DNA from: Octopus sinensis | Lineage: Eukaryota | Assembly: GCF_006345805.1 (NCBI RefSeq) | Contig: NC_043000.1 | Coordinates: 1,426,001-1,490,000, forward strand | DNA: 64,000 nt | Direction of reading: 5' to 3' | Shown here: piece by piece, positions 23,301 through 36,375 of the stretch | Layout of the letters: each line of letters begins with the position of its first letter | Position numbering within the stretch: the stretch's first letter is position 1 | The notes under the pieces: generated by a model | Told to the model about the DNA's origin: nothing | The model's database searches: none | What the model saw: only the letters and a program-made list of their open reading frames with translations | Made by a program: the position numbers and the translations under genes

Positions 23301-26300
23301 TATTGATCAATCGTCTATCTGTCTGTCTATCTATATTTCTATCTACTGTGTCCATCTATTTCTCTGTCCATCTATCTACCATCTGTCTATTGATCAATCG
23401 TCTATCTGTCTGTCTATCTATATTTCTATCTACTGTGTCCATCTATTTCTCTGTCCATCTATCTACCATCTGTCTATTGATCAATCGTCTATCTGTCTGT
23501 CTATCTATATTCTATCTACTGTGTCCATCTATTTCTCTGTCCATCTATCTACCATCTGTCTATTGATCAATCGTCTATCTGTCTGTCTATCTATATTTCT
23601 ATCTACTGTGTCCATCTATCTGTCCATCTATCTACCATCTGTCTATTGATCAATCGTCTATCTGTCTGTCTATCTATATTTCTATCTACTGTGTCATCTA
23701 TTTCTCTGTCCATCTATCTACCATCTGTCTATTGATCAATCGTCTATCTGTCTGTCTATCTATATTTCTATCTACTGTGTCCATCTATTTCTCTGTCCAT
23801 CTATCTACCATCTGTCTATTGATCAATCGTCTATCTGTCTGTCTATCTATATTTCTATCTACTGTGTCCATCTATTTCTCTGTCCATCTATCTACCATCT
23901 GTCTATTGATCAATCGTCTATCTGTCTGTCTATCTATATTTCTATCTACTGTGTCCATCTATTTCTCTGTCCATCTATCTACCATCTGTCTATTGATCAA
24001 TCGTCTATCTGTCTGTCTATCTATATTTCTATCTACTGTGTCCATCTATTTCTCTGTCCATCTATCTACCATCTGTCTATTGATCAATCGTCTATCTGTC
24101 TGTCTATCTATATTTCTATCTACTGTGTCCATCTATTTCTCTGTCCATCTATCTACCATCTGTCTATTGATCAATCGTCTATCTGTCTGTCTATCTATAT
24201 TTCTATCTACTGTGTCCATCTATTTCTCTGTCCATCTATCTACCATCTGTCTATTGATCAATCGTCTATCTGTCTGTCTATCTATATTTCTATCTACTGT
24301 GTCATCTATTTCTCTGTCCATCTATCTACCATCTGTCTATTGATCAATCGTCTATCTGTCTCTATCTATATTTCTATCTTCTGTGTCCATCTATTTCTCT
24401 GTCCATCTATCTACCATCTGTCTATTGATCAATCGTCTATCTGTCTGTCTATCTATCTATCTATCTACTGTGTCCATCTATTTCTCTGTCCATCTATCTA
24501 CCATCTGTCTATTGATCAATCGTCTATCTGTCTGTCTATCTATCTATCTATCTATACTGTGTCCATCTATTTCTCTGTCCATCTATCTACCATCTGTCTA
24601 TTGATCAATCGTCTATCTGTCTATCTATATTTCTATCTACTGTGTCCATCTATTTCTCTGTCCATCTATCTACCATCTGTCTATTGATCAATCGTCTATC
24701 TGTCTGTCTATCTATATTTCTATCTACTGTGTCCATCTATTTCTCTGTCCATCTATCTACCATCTGTCTATTGATCAATCGTCTATCTGTCTGTCTATCT
24801 ATATTTCTATCTACTGTGTCCATCTATTTCTCTGTCCATCTATCTACCATCTGTCTATTGATCAATCGTCTATCTGTCTGTCTATCTATATTTCTATCTA
24901 CTGTGTCCATCTATCTGTCCATCTATCTACCATCTGTCTATTGATCAATCGTCTATCTGTCTGTCTATCTATATTCTATCTACTGTGTCATCTATTTCTC
25001 TGTCCATCTATCTACCATCTGTCTATTGATCAATCGTCTATCTGTCTGTCTATCTATATTTCTATCTACTGTGTCCATCTATTTCTCTGTCCATCTATCT
25101 ACCATCTGTCTATTGATCAATCGTCTATCTGTCTGTCTATCTATATTTCTATCTACTGTGTCCATCTATTCTCTGTCCATCTATCTACCATCTGTCTATT
25201 GATCAATCGTCTATCTGTCTGTCTATCTATATTTCTATCTACTGTGTCCATCTATTTCTCTGTCCATCTATCTACCATCTGTCTATTGATCAATCGTCTA
25301 TCTGTCTGTCTATCTATATTTCTATCTACTGTGTCCATCTATTTCTCTGTCCATCTATCTACCATCTGTCTATTGATCAATCGTCTATCTGTCTGTCTAT
25401 CTATATTTCTATCTACTGTGTCCATCTATTTCTCTGTCCATCTATCTACCATCTGTCTATTGATCAATCGTCTATCTGTCTGTCTATCTATATTTCTATC
25501 TACTGTGTCCATCTATTTCTCTGTCCATCTATCTACCATCTGTCTATTGATCAATCGTCTATCTGTCTGTCTATCTATGTTTCTATCTACTGTGTCCATC
25601 TATTTCTCTGTCCATCTATCTACCATCTGTCTATTGATCAATCGTCTATCTGTCTGTCTATCTATATTTCTATCTACTGTGTCCATCTATTTCTCTGTCC
25701 ATCTATCTACCATCTGTCTATTGATCAATCGTCTATCTGTCTGTCTATCTATATTTCTATCTACTGTGTCATCTATTTCTCTGTCCATCTATCTACCATC
25801 TGTCTATTGATCAATCGTCTATCTGTCTGTCTATCTATATTTCTATCTACTGTGTCCATCTATTTCTCTGTCCATCTATCTACCATCTGTCTATTGATCA
25901 ATCGTCTATCTGTCTGTCTATCTATCTATCTATCTACTGTGTCCATCTATTTCTCTGTCCATCTATCTACCATCTGTCTATTGATCAATCGTCTATCTGT
26001 CTGTCTATCTATATTTCTATCTACTGTGTCCATCTATTTCTCTGTCCATCTATCTACCATCTGTCTATTGATCAATCGTCTATCTGTCTATCTATATTTC
26101 TATCTACTGTGTCCATCTATTTCTCTGTCCATCTATCTACCATCTGTCTATTGATCAATCGTCTATCTGTCTATCTATATTTCTATCTACTGTGTCCATC
26201 TATTTCTCTGTCCATCTATCTACCATCTGTCTATTGATCAATCGTCTATCTGTCTGTCTATCTATATTTCTATCTACTGTGTCATCTATTTCTCTGTCCA

Positions 26301-27410
26301 TCTATCTACCATCTGTCTATTGATCAATCGTCTATCTGTCTATCTATATTTCTATCTACTGTGTCCATCTATTTCTCTGTCCATCTATCTACCATCTGTC
26401 TATTGATCAATCATCTATCTGTCTGTCTATCTATATTTCTATCTACTGTGTCATCTATTTCTCTGTCCATCTATCTACCATCTGTCTATTGATCAATCGT
26501 CTATCTGTCTATCTATATTTCTATCTACTGTGTCATCTATTTCTCTGTCCATCTATCTACCATCTGTCTATTGATCAATCGTCTATTGTCTGTCTATCTA
26601 TATTTCTATCTACTGTGTCATCTATTTCTCTGTCCATCTATCTACCATCTGTCTATTGATCAATCGTCTATCTGTCTGTCTATCTATATTTCTATCTTGT
26701 GTCATCTATTTTGTGTCCATCTATCTACCATCTGTCTATTGATCAATCGTCTATCTGTCTGTCTATCTATATTTCTATCTACTGTGTCCATCTATTTCTC
26801 TGTCCATCTATCTACCATCTGTCTATTGATCAATCGTCTATCTGTCTGTCTATCTATATTTCTATCTACTGTGTCCATCTATTTCTCTGTCCATCTATCT
26901 ACCATCTGTCTATGATCATCGTCTATCTGTCTGTCTATCTATATTTCTATCTACTGTGTCATCTATTCTCTGTCCATCTATCTACCATCTGTCTATTGAT
27001 CAATCGTCTATCTGTCTGTCTATCTATATTTCTATCTACTGTGTCCATCTATCTGTCCATCTATCTACCATCTGTCTATTGATCAATCGTCTATCTGTCT
27101 GTCTATCTATATTTCTATCTACTGTGTCATCTATCTGTCTGTCTATCTATATTTCTATCTACTGTGTCATCTATCTGTCTGTCTATCTATATTTCTATCT
27201 ACTGTGTCATCTATCTGTCTGTCTATCTATATTTCTATCTACTGTGTCATCTATCTGTCTGTCTATCTATATTTCTATCTACTGTGTCATCTATCTGTCT
27301 GTCTATCTATATTTCTATCTACTGTGTCATCTATCTGTCTGTCTATCTATCTATCTATCTACTGTGTCCATCTATTTCTCTGTCCATCTATCTACCATCT
27401 GACTATCTAC
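20386..27410. repeat. ~7 kb tandem satellite, 87-bp main unit (~80 copies), GATA/GACA-derived
   Basis: unit ctgtgtccatctatttctctgtccatctatctaccatctgtctattgatcaatcgtctatctgtctgtctatctatatttctatcta; ATTGATCAAT recurs at 22347 and 22434 (87 bp); ~6 shortened 40-bp units at 27121-27360. Confidence 0.97.
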
Positions 27411-27418
27411 CATTGCAG

Positions 27419-27544
27419 GGTATCCTTTATGCATACAACATCAGTCACATGGTACGTACTGTCATGAATCTACACTTGCTACTGCAGAAAGCTATGACCA
27501 AAACTGCAGTGATTGCCCTCTGTAAACTGCTGGAGCTACTCAAA
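27419..27544 (+). CDS. WASHC4: WASHC4 coding exon 4 in window (126 nt, phase 0-0)
   Basis: ttgcAG|ggt...aaa|GTaagt; GILYAYNISHMVRTVMNLHLLLQKAMTKTAVIALCKLLELLK vs human [42 protein letters not shown]. Confidence 0.95.
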
Positions 27545-27592
27545 GTAAGTGATTACCCCCCTTTGTTTTCTGCTTCCTTCTACTGTAACAGT

Positions 27593-27627
<35 letters not shown>

Positions 27628-27684
27628 CATCTGTTTATTTGTTTGTCTGTCTACCTCTCTCTCTCTCTCTCTTTCTCTCTGCCA

Positions 27685-28197
27685 TCTCTCTCTATATAAA
27701 CGGCAGTTTGTCTGTCTGTGTGTCTGTCAGGTTGTACCCTCACCCTGACCACGGCTTTCAACCGATTCTGATGAAACTTGACACACACATAGCCCAATGT
27801 CATAATTCAAAACCAACGCAGCGAAAATTTTGAAAAGTTCCCCCAGTTCTGAAAGAAATCGATAAATTCGACATGGGGTCGAGAATCTAAGCTTTTTATT
27901 TGCAACACATTTTCTGTTGTAGTTTTCGCAACTTGCAATCAATTTTCACCAAACTCATGGTGAAGCTTAATGTTACCCTAAGAAACTTAATTCTGACGTT
28001 AGTTTTCCATGCAATACCTTACCATCAGAAAAATCTATAAAATCATGCCATTTTGGGAAATCGCGTTCAAATTCAAGATGACATATTTTCGACAATATCT
28101 TTCACAAATTGGCAGAAATTTTTTTTAATTCACAGCGAGCATCATGTCTGTTCCAGGGGCTCTTACATACCCGGGCAATGCCGGTCTATGCTGCTAG
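27685..28197 (+). mobile_element. Non-autonomous Helitron, same family as 18323
   Basis: a|TCtctctctatataaacggcag...cccgggcaatgccggtctatgctgCTAG|t. Confidence 0.82.
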
Positions 28198-28794
28198 TTC
28201 TACAATAAATCAGTGAAGGAACCCTTATGTGGTCATTGAATCTGTTAGAAATGGTTGCTAAATCTCTCATATAACACTCGAGCCCCGTGCTAGTAGGGTA
28301 TTAAGAGCACCATCCTAGCGTGATCATTGCCAGAGCTGCTATCTGGCCTCCATGCTGGTGGCACATAAAAGACACCATTCGAGCGTGATCATTACCAGCA
28401 TCATCTTACTGGCACCTGTGCAGGTGGCATGTGTAAAGGATTCGAGTGAGGTCGTTGCCAGTACTGCCTGACTGGCCCCGTGTCAGTGGCATGTAAAAGC
28501 ACCTACTACACTCTCGGAGTGGTTGGCGTTAGGAAGGGCATCCAGCTGTAGAACACACTGCCAGATCAAGATTGAGGCCTAGTGCATCTGGTTTGCCAGC
28601 CCTCAGTCAAATCATCCAACCCATGCTAACATGGAAAGCGGACGTTAAATGATGATGAACACTCTACTTGCAATGCTATTATCAGTTCAAATATGCCTGT
28701 AGCACATTTGCACTAATAAACAAACCATTCACTGTGTTTTGTCATGGAAAAAATTTCTCATTGTTGACAATGATGTAAATACACCTAGATCACT

Positions 28795-29160
28795 TCGTTA
28801 GTTAGTTAGTTAGTTAGTTAATTTGGTTCAAAAGCAAATAGCAAGGCCATGTAGGGGGACATGGAGTTAAGTACAGGGTGGTGTTCATGTAAAGAGTTCA
28901 GGCCACTTGAGGTCAAGGGAGGCTTTGAACAAAGCGGTCGTCGGCATCTTCACCATCTCGTCTGGCAGCTTGTTCCACGGATCCGCAACCCGGACGGAGA
29001 AAGCTCCTCTCCTTCGATTGAGATGAAATCGTCGCAGGTAGAGCTTTTCGGAATGACCCCGCAGCCGACGCTTCGTGATGGTATTTACACCATTGTGAAC
29101 AGCAAGAAATTTTCTCCATGACAAAACACAGTGAATGGCCTGTTTGTTAGTCCAAACATG
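28795..29160 (-). mobile_element. CR1-clade LINE 3' end, second subfamily
   Basis: RRLRGHSEKLYLRRFHLNRRRGAFSVRVADPWNKLPDEMV; (TAAC)n tail. Confidence 0.82.
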
Positions 29161-29264
29161 CAGCAAGCATCTTTGAATTGGTAATAACATTGCATTTATG
29201 TATATCACTGCTTAATGCTCCTATTTCGTAACACTCTACTGTCTTAATGAAAGACATATTGGAT

Positions 29265-29590
29265 AGGATAGGAGCACTCCGTCGGTTACGACAACGAGGG
29301 TCCCAGCTGATATGATCAACGGAACAGCTTGCTCGTGAAATTAACGTGCAAGTGGCTGAGCACTCCACAGACACATGTACCTCTAACGTAGTTCTCAGGG
29401 AGATTCAGTGTGACACAGAGAGTGACAAGGCCAGTCCTTTGAAATACAGGTACAACTCATTTTTACCAGGTGAGTGGACTGGAGCAACGTGAAATAAAGT
29501 GTCTTGCTAAAGAACACAACGCGTCTCCGGGAATCGAACTCATGACCTTACAGTCGTGAGCTGAGTGCCCTAACCACTAAGCCACGCGCC
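29265..29590 (-). mobile_element. SINE with tRNA head, CORE-like segment and family-C tail; related 2795-3110 (-), 31680-31890 (-)
   Basis: tail identical in type to family C (gagaactacgtta...gttaatttcacgagc...gtaaccgacggagtgc) joined to a different 5' half. Confidence 0.65.
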
Positions 29591-29871
29591 TTCACAATGT
29601 TGTCCTATTTACACTATGCTTGAAAAAAACAGATGGGATGCTCATTGTTGGAATACTTTTGATCGTAGGTCTTCCTGATCAGTAGCACCCAGGGCTAACA
29701 ACAACAACTTGTCAATGAGAAGTCCTTAAAGAGACAGACAGACCCTTGACTCATGGCATTCACTCTCTAAATTATACATCAACCCTTTACCTGCTATCCT
29801 AGAAAGGGGAACAAATATATTGCAGAAATAAAGTAAAAAAAAAATGGGAAAGACTCAAGAGATTAAGACTC

Positions 29872-30340
29872 TATTCCTTGGAGCGTAGGCGGGAAAGATA
29901 TGCCATAATATACATCTGGAAGATCCTGGAAGGACTTGTCCCAAACTTTGGCATCGAGAGTTACACAAATACTAGAACTGACCGCCACTGCATAGTGCCA
30001 AGGACTCCAAATTTGCCATCAAGATGTAGGACAAGATACTGCAATAGCCTGGGCTTCAGAGGTCCACAGCTCTTCAATATCCTCCCGAAGGACCTGAGAG
30101 ACCTGCATGCGGTGGATGTAGGTGTCTTTAAAATAAAGCTGAACCTCTTCCTGTCAGGTGTCCCAACTTCGCGGCAGCAGGTGCAGATGAGGGCAGCTGC
30201 ATCAAACTCTCTCATGCACCAAATGTCAATTGTTAAAAAGCATTTGTGAAGTAAAATTATGTAGCATCACCAAATGGTGGTGCCCCGGCATGGCCATAGC
30301 CCGTGAGCTGAAACTAGATGAAATAATAAATAAATAATAT
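29872..30340 (+). mobile_element. CR1/L2-group LINE 3' end
   Basis: ERRRERYAIIYIWKILEGLVPN...GFRGPQLFNILPKDLR; 3' UTR ending ggtggtgccccggcatggcc...gctgaaac and an (AAAT)n-like tail. Confidence 0.8.
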
Positions 30341-31337
30341 TCTAGAGTAAATATGAGTTAGCTATAGCTGAGATGCTGCTTGAAATGAGGGTCCAGAGCT
30401 GACCAGAGTTATACAACTACAATAAGGAAAAAGAACTGCAGGGAATCTAGTCAGTTATCCAGACTCTTCAAAGCTGAACCTATGTTAAAATGATGATAGG
30501 AGTGGCTGTGTGGTAAGTAGCTTGCTTATGAACCACATGGTTCTGGGTTCAGTCCCACTGCATGGCACCTGGGACAAGTGTCTTCTACTATAGCATCGGG
30601 CCAACCAAAGCCTTGTGAGTGGATTTGGTAGACGGAAACTGAAAGAAGCCCATCGTATATATGTGTATATATGTACAAATGTATGTGTGTGTATATGATT
30701 GTGTGTCTGTGTTTGTCCCCCCAACATCGTTTGACAACCGATGCTGGTGTATTTACGTCCCCGTAACTTAGTGGTTTGGCAAAAGAGACCGATAGAATAA
30801 ATACTCGGCTTACAAAGAATAAGTCCTGGGGTCGATTAGCTCGGCTAAAGGCAGTGCTCCAGCATGGCCTCAGTCAAATGACTGAAACAAGTAAAAGAGA
30901 ATTAGTAGACCTAGCCAACATGCACAGGACAAAAAAGATAGACATAACACCATAAAAAGAATCACAATGGTAGCAGTGATGATGGTAGTGGTAGCAGTGG
31001 TGGCAGCCATAATAGCAGCAGCAGCAGCCGTTCAAGAATTTGGACCTGGAGATCTCCATTTCCAGCGACTTCGAGGGCCACCACCCAGTGGTGTCGGGCG
31101 TCAATGAAGAGCCCTCGACTACAACAAGACAACCAAAGTTTTTTTTTTTCAAGGTCTGGGGTCTCCTGCCCCTTAGCCCTAGACCCTCACCTAATCACCC
31201 TTACTTGTCTTGTTGCTTAACAACAACAACAACAACAGCAGCAGCAGTAGTGGTGGTGGTAAAAACAGTAGTAGTAGTAGTAGTAGTCGTCTTGTCACAT
31301 ACTCATTATTTTTTTTCTTTGTGTTTTCTTGTTTCAG

Positions 31338-31445
31338 GCCATAGAATTCACATTCCACCGTCGGACAATGTTGGTTTCAGAATCAATCAACCAGATAATC
31401 CAACATCTCAGTTACCTGGCTCTGTCTGCTATAAACACAGCACGA
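31338..31445 (+). CDS. WASHC4: WASHC4 coding exon 5 in window
   Basis: tttcAG|gcc...cga|GTaagt; AIEFTFHRRTMLVSESINQIIQHLSYLALSAINTAR vs human [36 protein letters not shown]. Confidence 0.93.
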
Positions 31446-33122
31446 GTAAGTCAACAGTTTTTTTTGGTCCAGGTATCCAGTTTGAGGATACCTTCCTCCC
31501 ACCCATCCAAACAACTTTGGTGGCCCATTAAAGGGCTATTTGTACTGCCTTCCCACCTAACTAAAAGAAAACATAATTTGATGACTAGTTGGTTTATGTA
31601 TATAAATTACCTTTGGCCTTATTCTAACATATAGACTGGTCTTTAATATTAAACCAATGGTTAGTCCACATCACTCCTTAAGGAGCCTACGACCAGTTTT
31701 CTGGTTTCCCCAGTATTTATATTCTTCCCTGAATGGGGCACCAATCCATCATAGGATTACTCATTTTTACCAGCAAGTGGACTGGAGCAATGTGAAATGA
31801 AGTGTTTTACTCATGAACACAGTGCATTCTCTGGTTCAGGAATTGAAACCACAATCTTACAATCATGAGTCGAACACCCTAACCACTAAGCCATATACCT
31901 ACACATTTCAAACCAATACAGTACTACATAACCTCTCAATGATTTACTTCTATGAAACAGACCATTACAAGCCCTAAATGTTTTAAAATTTCATCACATT
32001 ATTTACAACAAAATCTACTTTTGTTTTAGTTTTTTTTTTAATATCAAACCAATAGATTTTATAGTAAATAATGTGATGAAATTTAAAAGCATTTAATTGC
32101 TTGTAATTGTCTTGTTTCATAGCAGTAAATCATTAACAGGTAAATCTCCTCCAGGTGAGGATGCCAGTCACTTGAGGTAATATTCCCAGAGAAGCTACTT
32201 TCTAATTTCATCATCATCATCATCATCATCATCATTTAACGTCCGTTCTCCATGCTAGCATGGGTTGGACAGTTCAACCGGGGATCTGGGAAGCCAGAAG
32301 GCTGCACCAGGCTCCGGTCTTATCTGGCAAAGTTTCTACAGCTGGATGCCCTTCCTAACGCCAACCACTCCGTGAGTGTAGTGGGTGCTTTTTATGTGCC
32401 ACCTGCACTGGTGCCAGGTGAGGCTGGCATCGGCCACGGTCGGATTGGTGCATTTTATGGAAGCCAGTCGAGGCGGCACTGGCTTCGGCTACGATTCGGA
32501 TGGTGCTTTTTACGTGCCACCGACACGGAAGCCAGTCGAGGCGGCGCTGGCATCAGCCACAATTCAGATAGTGCTTTTTACGTACCTCCAGTCCCAGGGC
32601 CCTGATCTGATGTAATATTAAATTACATGTGTTTTTCAAATACACAACTTGACAAATGCAGGGTGTTAAATCAAAATCCATATGAGTATGCAGTCCCAAT
32701 ATCTTATGTACACATTCTTTGAGATGACTAGTTTGTTCCTTCTTGAGCCATGCCTGGCTCATAAGGGCCAGTTTCCCGGTTTCCTTGGCATATAGGTTCC
32801 CCACCTGGATGGGACGCCGGTCTGTCGCAGGTGAGCTGCAAGATGCAGGAGGTAAGAGTGAGAGAAAGTTGTGGCAAAAGAGTCAGCATAAGTTTGCCAT
32901 TACCTTCTGCCTGAGCCGCATGGAGCTTAGGTGTTTCGCTTGTAAACACACACATCACCCGGTCAGAGATTCGAACCCGCGATCCCTCGACCGCGAGTCC
33001 GCTGCTCTAACCACTAGGCCATGTGCCTCCGCGAGATGACTAGTAGTATAAATATTTTAACCCTTCAGTCCACACCCTTATCTCTTTAATTCATCTAAGC
33101 CTCTGTGGTTATTTTATTGCAG

Positions 33123-33213
33123 AAAAGAATCACCCAAGACAAGAAATACAGTGAACGAAGACTCGATGTGCTGTCAGCTTTGGTTCTAGCTGAAAATGCC
33201 CTTAATGGACCGG
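33123..33213 (+). CDS. WASHC4: WASHC4 coding exon 6 in window
   Basis: ttgcAG|aaa...g|GTaaat; [30 protein letters not shown], near-identical to human [30 protein letters not shown]. Confidence 0.96.
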
Positions 33214-33432
33214 GTAAATACCCAACAAGCTATTTTTGTTTATGTTTTGTTTTTTTGTTTTTACTGCTTTGCAGGAGTGGCTGTGTGGTAAGTAGCTTGT
33301 CTACCAACCTCATGGTTCCGGGTTCAGTACCACTGCGTGGCACCTTGGGCAAGTGTCTTCTACTATAGCCTTGGGCCGACCAAAGCCTTGTGAGTGGATT
33401 TGGTAGACGGAAACTGAAAGAAGCCCGTCGTA

Positions 33433-33482
<50 letters not shown>

Positions 33483-33985
33483 TGTGTGTGTTTGTGTGTC
33501 TGTTTGTCCCCTAGCATTGCTTGACAACCGATGCTGGTGTGTTTATGTCCCCGTCACCTAGCGGTTCGGCAAAAGAGACCAATAGAATAAGTACTGGGCT
33601 TACAAAAGAATAAGTCCCGGGGTCGAGTTGCTCAACTAAAGGCGGTGCTCCAGCATGGCCGCAGTCAAATGACTGAAACAAGTAAAAGAGTGAAAGAGAG
33701 TATGTTATTGTTGTTGGTTCCAAGCTCTGCCCTGTACAAGCTAACCTATGACCAAAGACTTTCCAGTTGAGACTGTCTTACTCTACTTTTTTTTCAAGAC
33801 TACACTATTCAGTGTGTCCTTTTTCTTTTATTTTTTCACAGCAAAGTGTAGTTTTTTGGGGGGATTTTGTTACTATTATTAGTTTGCTTAGTATACGAGT
33901 GAGCTGATTTGACTGTGCAATTGTTTTTACAGCTAGATGTGGGACCTTCTATAACTGACCACTCAGCTGTGAGCATGTATATATA

Positions 33986-34036
<51 letters not shown>

Positions 34037-35282
34037 AAACATTGGTGTACATGCACACTATGCACTTAGAGTACAGGTAACAACAGGATAAACAAAAATT
34101 TATCAGGAAACAAATACAAATAATCAGAAAATGGAGAAAACCTCAGATTAACAAACACATCGATTGGACCCCATTTACAGCTTAATTTTTAATACAAAGC
34201 ATGACATAACAAATAGTGTCATTATTTGACCTTTGGAAACATCAGCCAACTGGTGGGAAAATTCACAAGCTCTCCTATCTAGATATTATCAATAAAGATT
34301 CAAAATATGAAATGTAAAGCCTTCATGGTAATGTAGGATCATGAGGTCTGAAAAGGAGCTGTTAGGTTTGACACTTCTGAGAGCACAAAATGATGATGAC
34401 AGAGCAGTCCGTCTTTTTGTGGGGGCACAATCAAAGTTCAAGTGTTAAGATTTGAACTATTCTTAATGTGGTCAGTTAGTAGTTCCAGAACTTTAACCTC
34501 ACAGTCTTTTACGTCTGTTTTCAAAAATTCTCATTGAGACAAAAGTGACTCCTATATGTCATATAAATAAAATATTTTTTGAAAGTTCACAGAAGGGAAA
34601 TTTACGAATTACTTTCACATGTATATATTTCACACACACACATATATATATATATATATGGTGGTGCCCCAGCATGGCCGCGGCCTTTGGGCTAAAACAT
34701 TTTTAAGGATAAGGATTTAAGGATATGAGCGCCTAATAATACTTTAATTGTTCCACCTCCTTGCATTGTTGTCTTTTTTGTTTTCTGTTTGGATTAACTT
34801 TATATATATATATATATATATATATACAAAAATTAGAAAATGGAGAAACATACTTAAATCAATCAAACATCAACCAACAGATGATACCCAATCAATACTT
34901 TATTACACCATTACATAACAGTAAAGGCATTATACAAAATATATTGTAAATATAATTAGACAAGGAAATAGAAATATAAAATATATATAAAATATATATA
35001 TATATAAAAAATATATATATATAAAATATATATAAAATATATATATATATGGTGGTGCCCCAGCATGGCCACAGCCTTTGGGCTAAAACATTTTTAAGGA
35101 TAAGGATTTAAGGATATATATATATATATATATATATATTCAGAGAGTCAAGACTATTGAAAAGGTTGCAAAATGCAATGAAAATTTTAGGAAAATAAAA
35201 ATAAGAAATAAGTGGCAGTTTTACCAGTGAGTGTGTTACATTATAAGGCACAAAAAGAAAATGACTCTCCCCAGACACAACA

Positions 35283-35319
<37 letters not shown>

Positions 35320-36116
35320 AGAAATGTATGGCTTTCTCATAGACTCAGGAACAGGAAGTGCAGCAGTACAAATGCACCCTCTTTTTTTTTTTTTGTCAAT
35401 TGGTTCACAATGAAAACACTTTGAAATCCTCCTAAAAACCTGGGTTTGCACCCACTTAGCAAAATTTCACTCCTGTACTTATGTACTTTCTACAATGTTA
35501 CTTTTATAATTTAACTAAATGCTGCTGTTGAAAGGAACACAAACATTTATTTTAATGACATTCTAATAACTGACATTTAAGCATTTACTTATTCATTTCA
35601 CTTAAGATTACCAAGTTTATCTTTGTACATTCCTGGCTTCGTTTCCTTTTATTTTTATGTGCCTAAAGCAAAAGATCTCCTATGGCTGTCTGGTGGGTAT
35701 TCACTCCTTGACAGAGTGACCACTCAAGTGTTCACTATCCATGGTAATGTCTACTTAACCCTTTAGCATTTAAACCGGCCATATCTGGCCCAAATTTTCT
35801 ACTTCTTTTATGTTCAAACCATCTAGATCTGGCCTCTCACTCATATCCTACAATGACATCCTCAAAATAAACCATCACATCATCAAATTCTCAGAGCTAC
35901 AAGATAATGCAGGATTAATTCAAAACAATGTGAATGAAAAAGCATTATATTTGACAGAGTAATCTGAACACTAAAGGGTTAAATGTACATCCCACTCCTT
36001 GTCAAACAATGTAAGAAGCCCATTAGCATCTTCAAAGGGGACTCCCCAACTTTTAAGGGTATAAATGACATGGATTTCTTAACTACATTGACTCCATTCT
36101 TCATTCTTTTTCCTAG

Positions 36117-36172
36117 GCACCAAAGAACGCATCCTGGTAGCCACCCTGGCATTATCTGTGGGTACCAAGATG
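36117..36172 (+). CDS. WASHC4: WASHC4 coding exon 7 in window
   Basis: tcctAG|gc...atg|GTaagt; (G)TKERILVATLALSVGTKM vs human STKQRRLIVSLALSVGTQM. Confidence 0.92.
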
Positions 36173-36375
36173 GTAAGTTCATTCATTTTATTCTTAGAAA
36201 TTTTGATTTTTAATGATGTGTGAAACGGATAAGGTATTGTGAAACTTATGCTTTTACTAAGACATTATATTTAATACAGTATCTGAAAAAAAAGACAGAA
36301 TCAATTACACACACACACACCCAATAACACTAATGTTTCATACCATAAACATTAAATATTTGTTTTACATTGCAG

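Noticed and set aside
20359-27402. Many long ORFs (up to 289 aa) with 29-aa INRLSVCLSIFLSTVSIYFSVHLSTICLL repeats
   Set aside because: They arise from the 87-bp satellite (a multiple of 3, stop-poor frames), lie in a WASHC4 intron, and show frequent frameshifts and no splice signals.
20386-27410. CRISPR-like array (regular repeat with palindromic core)
   Set aside because: Pure tandem units with no unique spacers, no cas genes, eukaryotic intron.
31040-31531. 163-aa ORF as a separate gene
   Set aside because: Runs through microsatellites and reads WASHC4 exon 5 out of frame.
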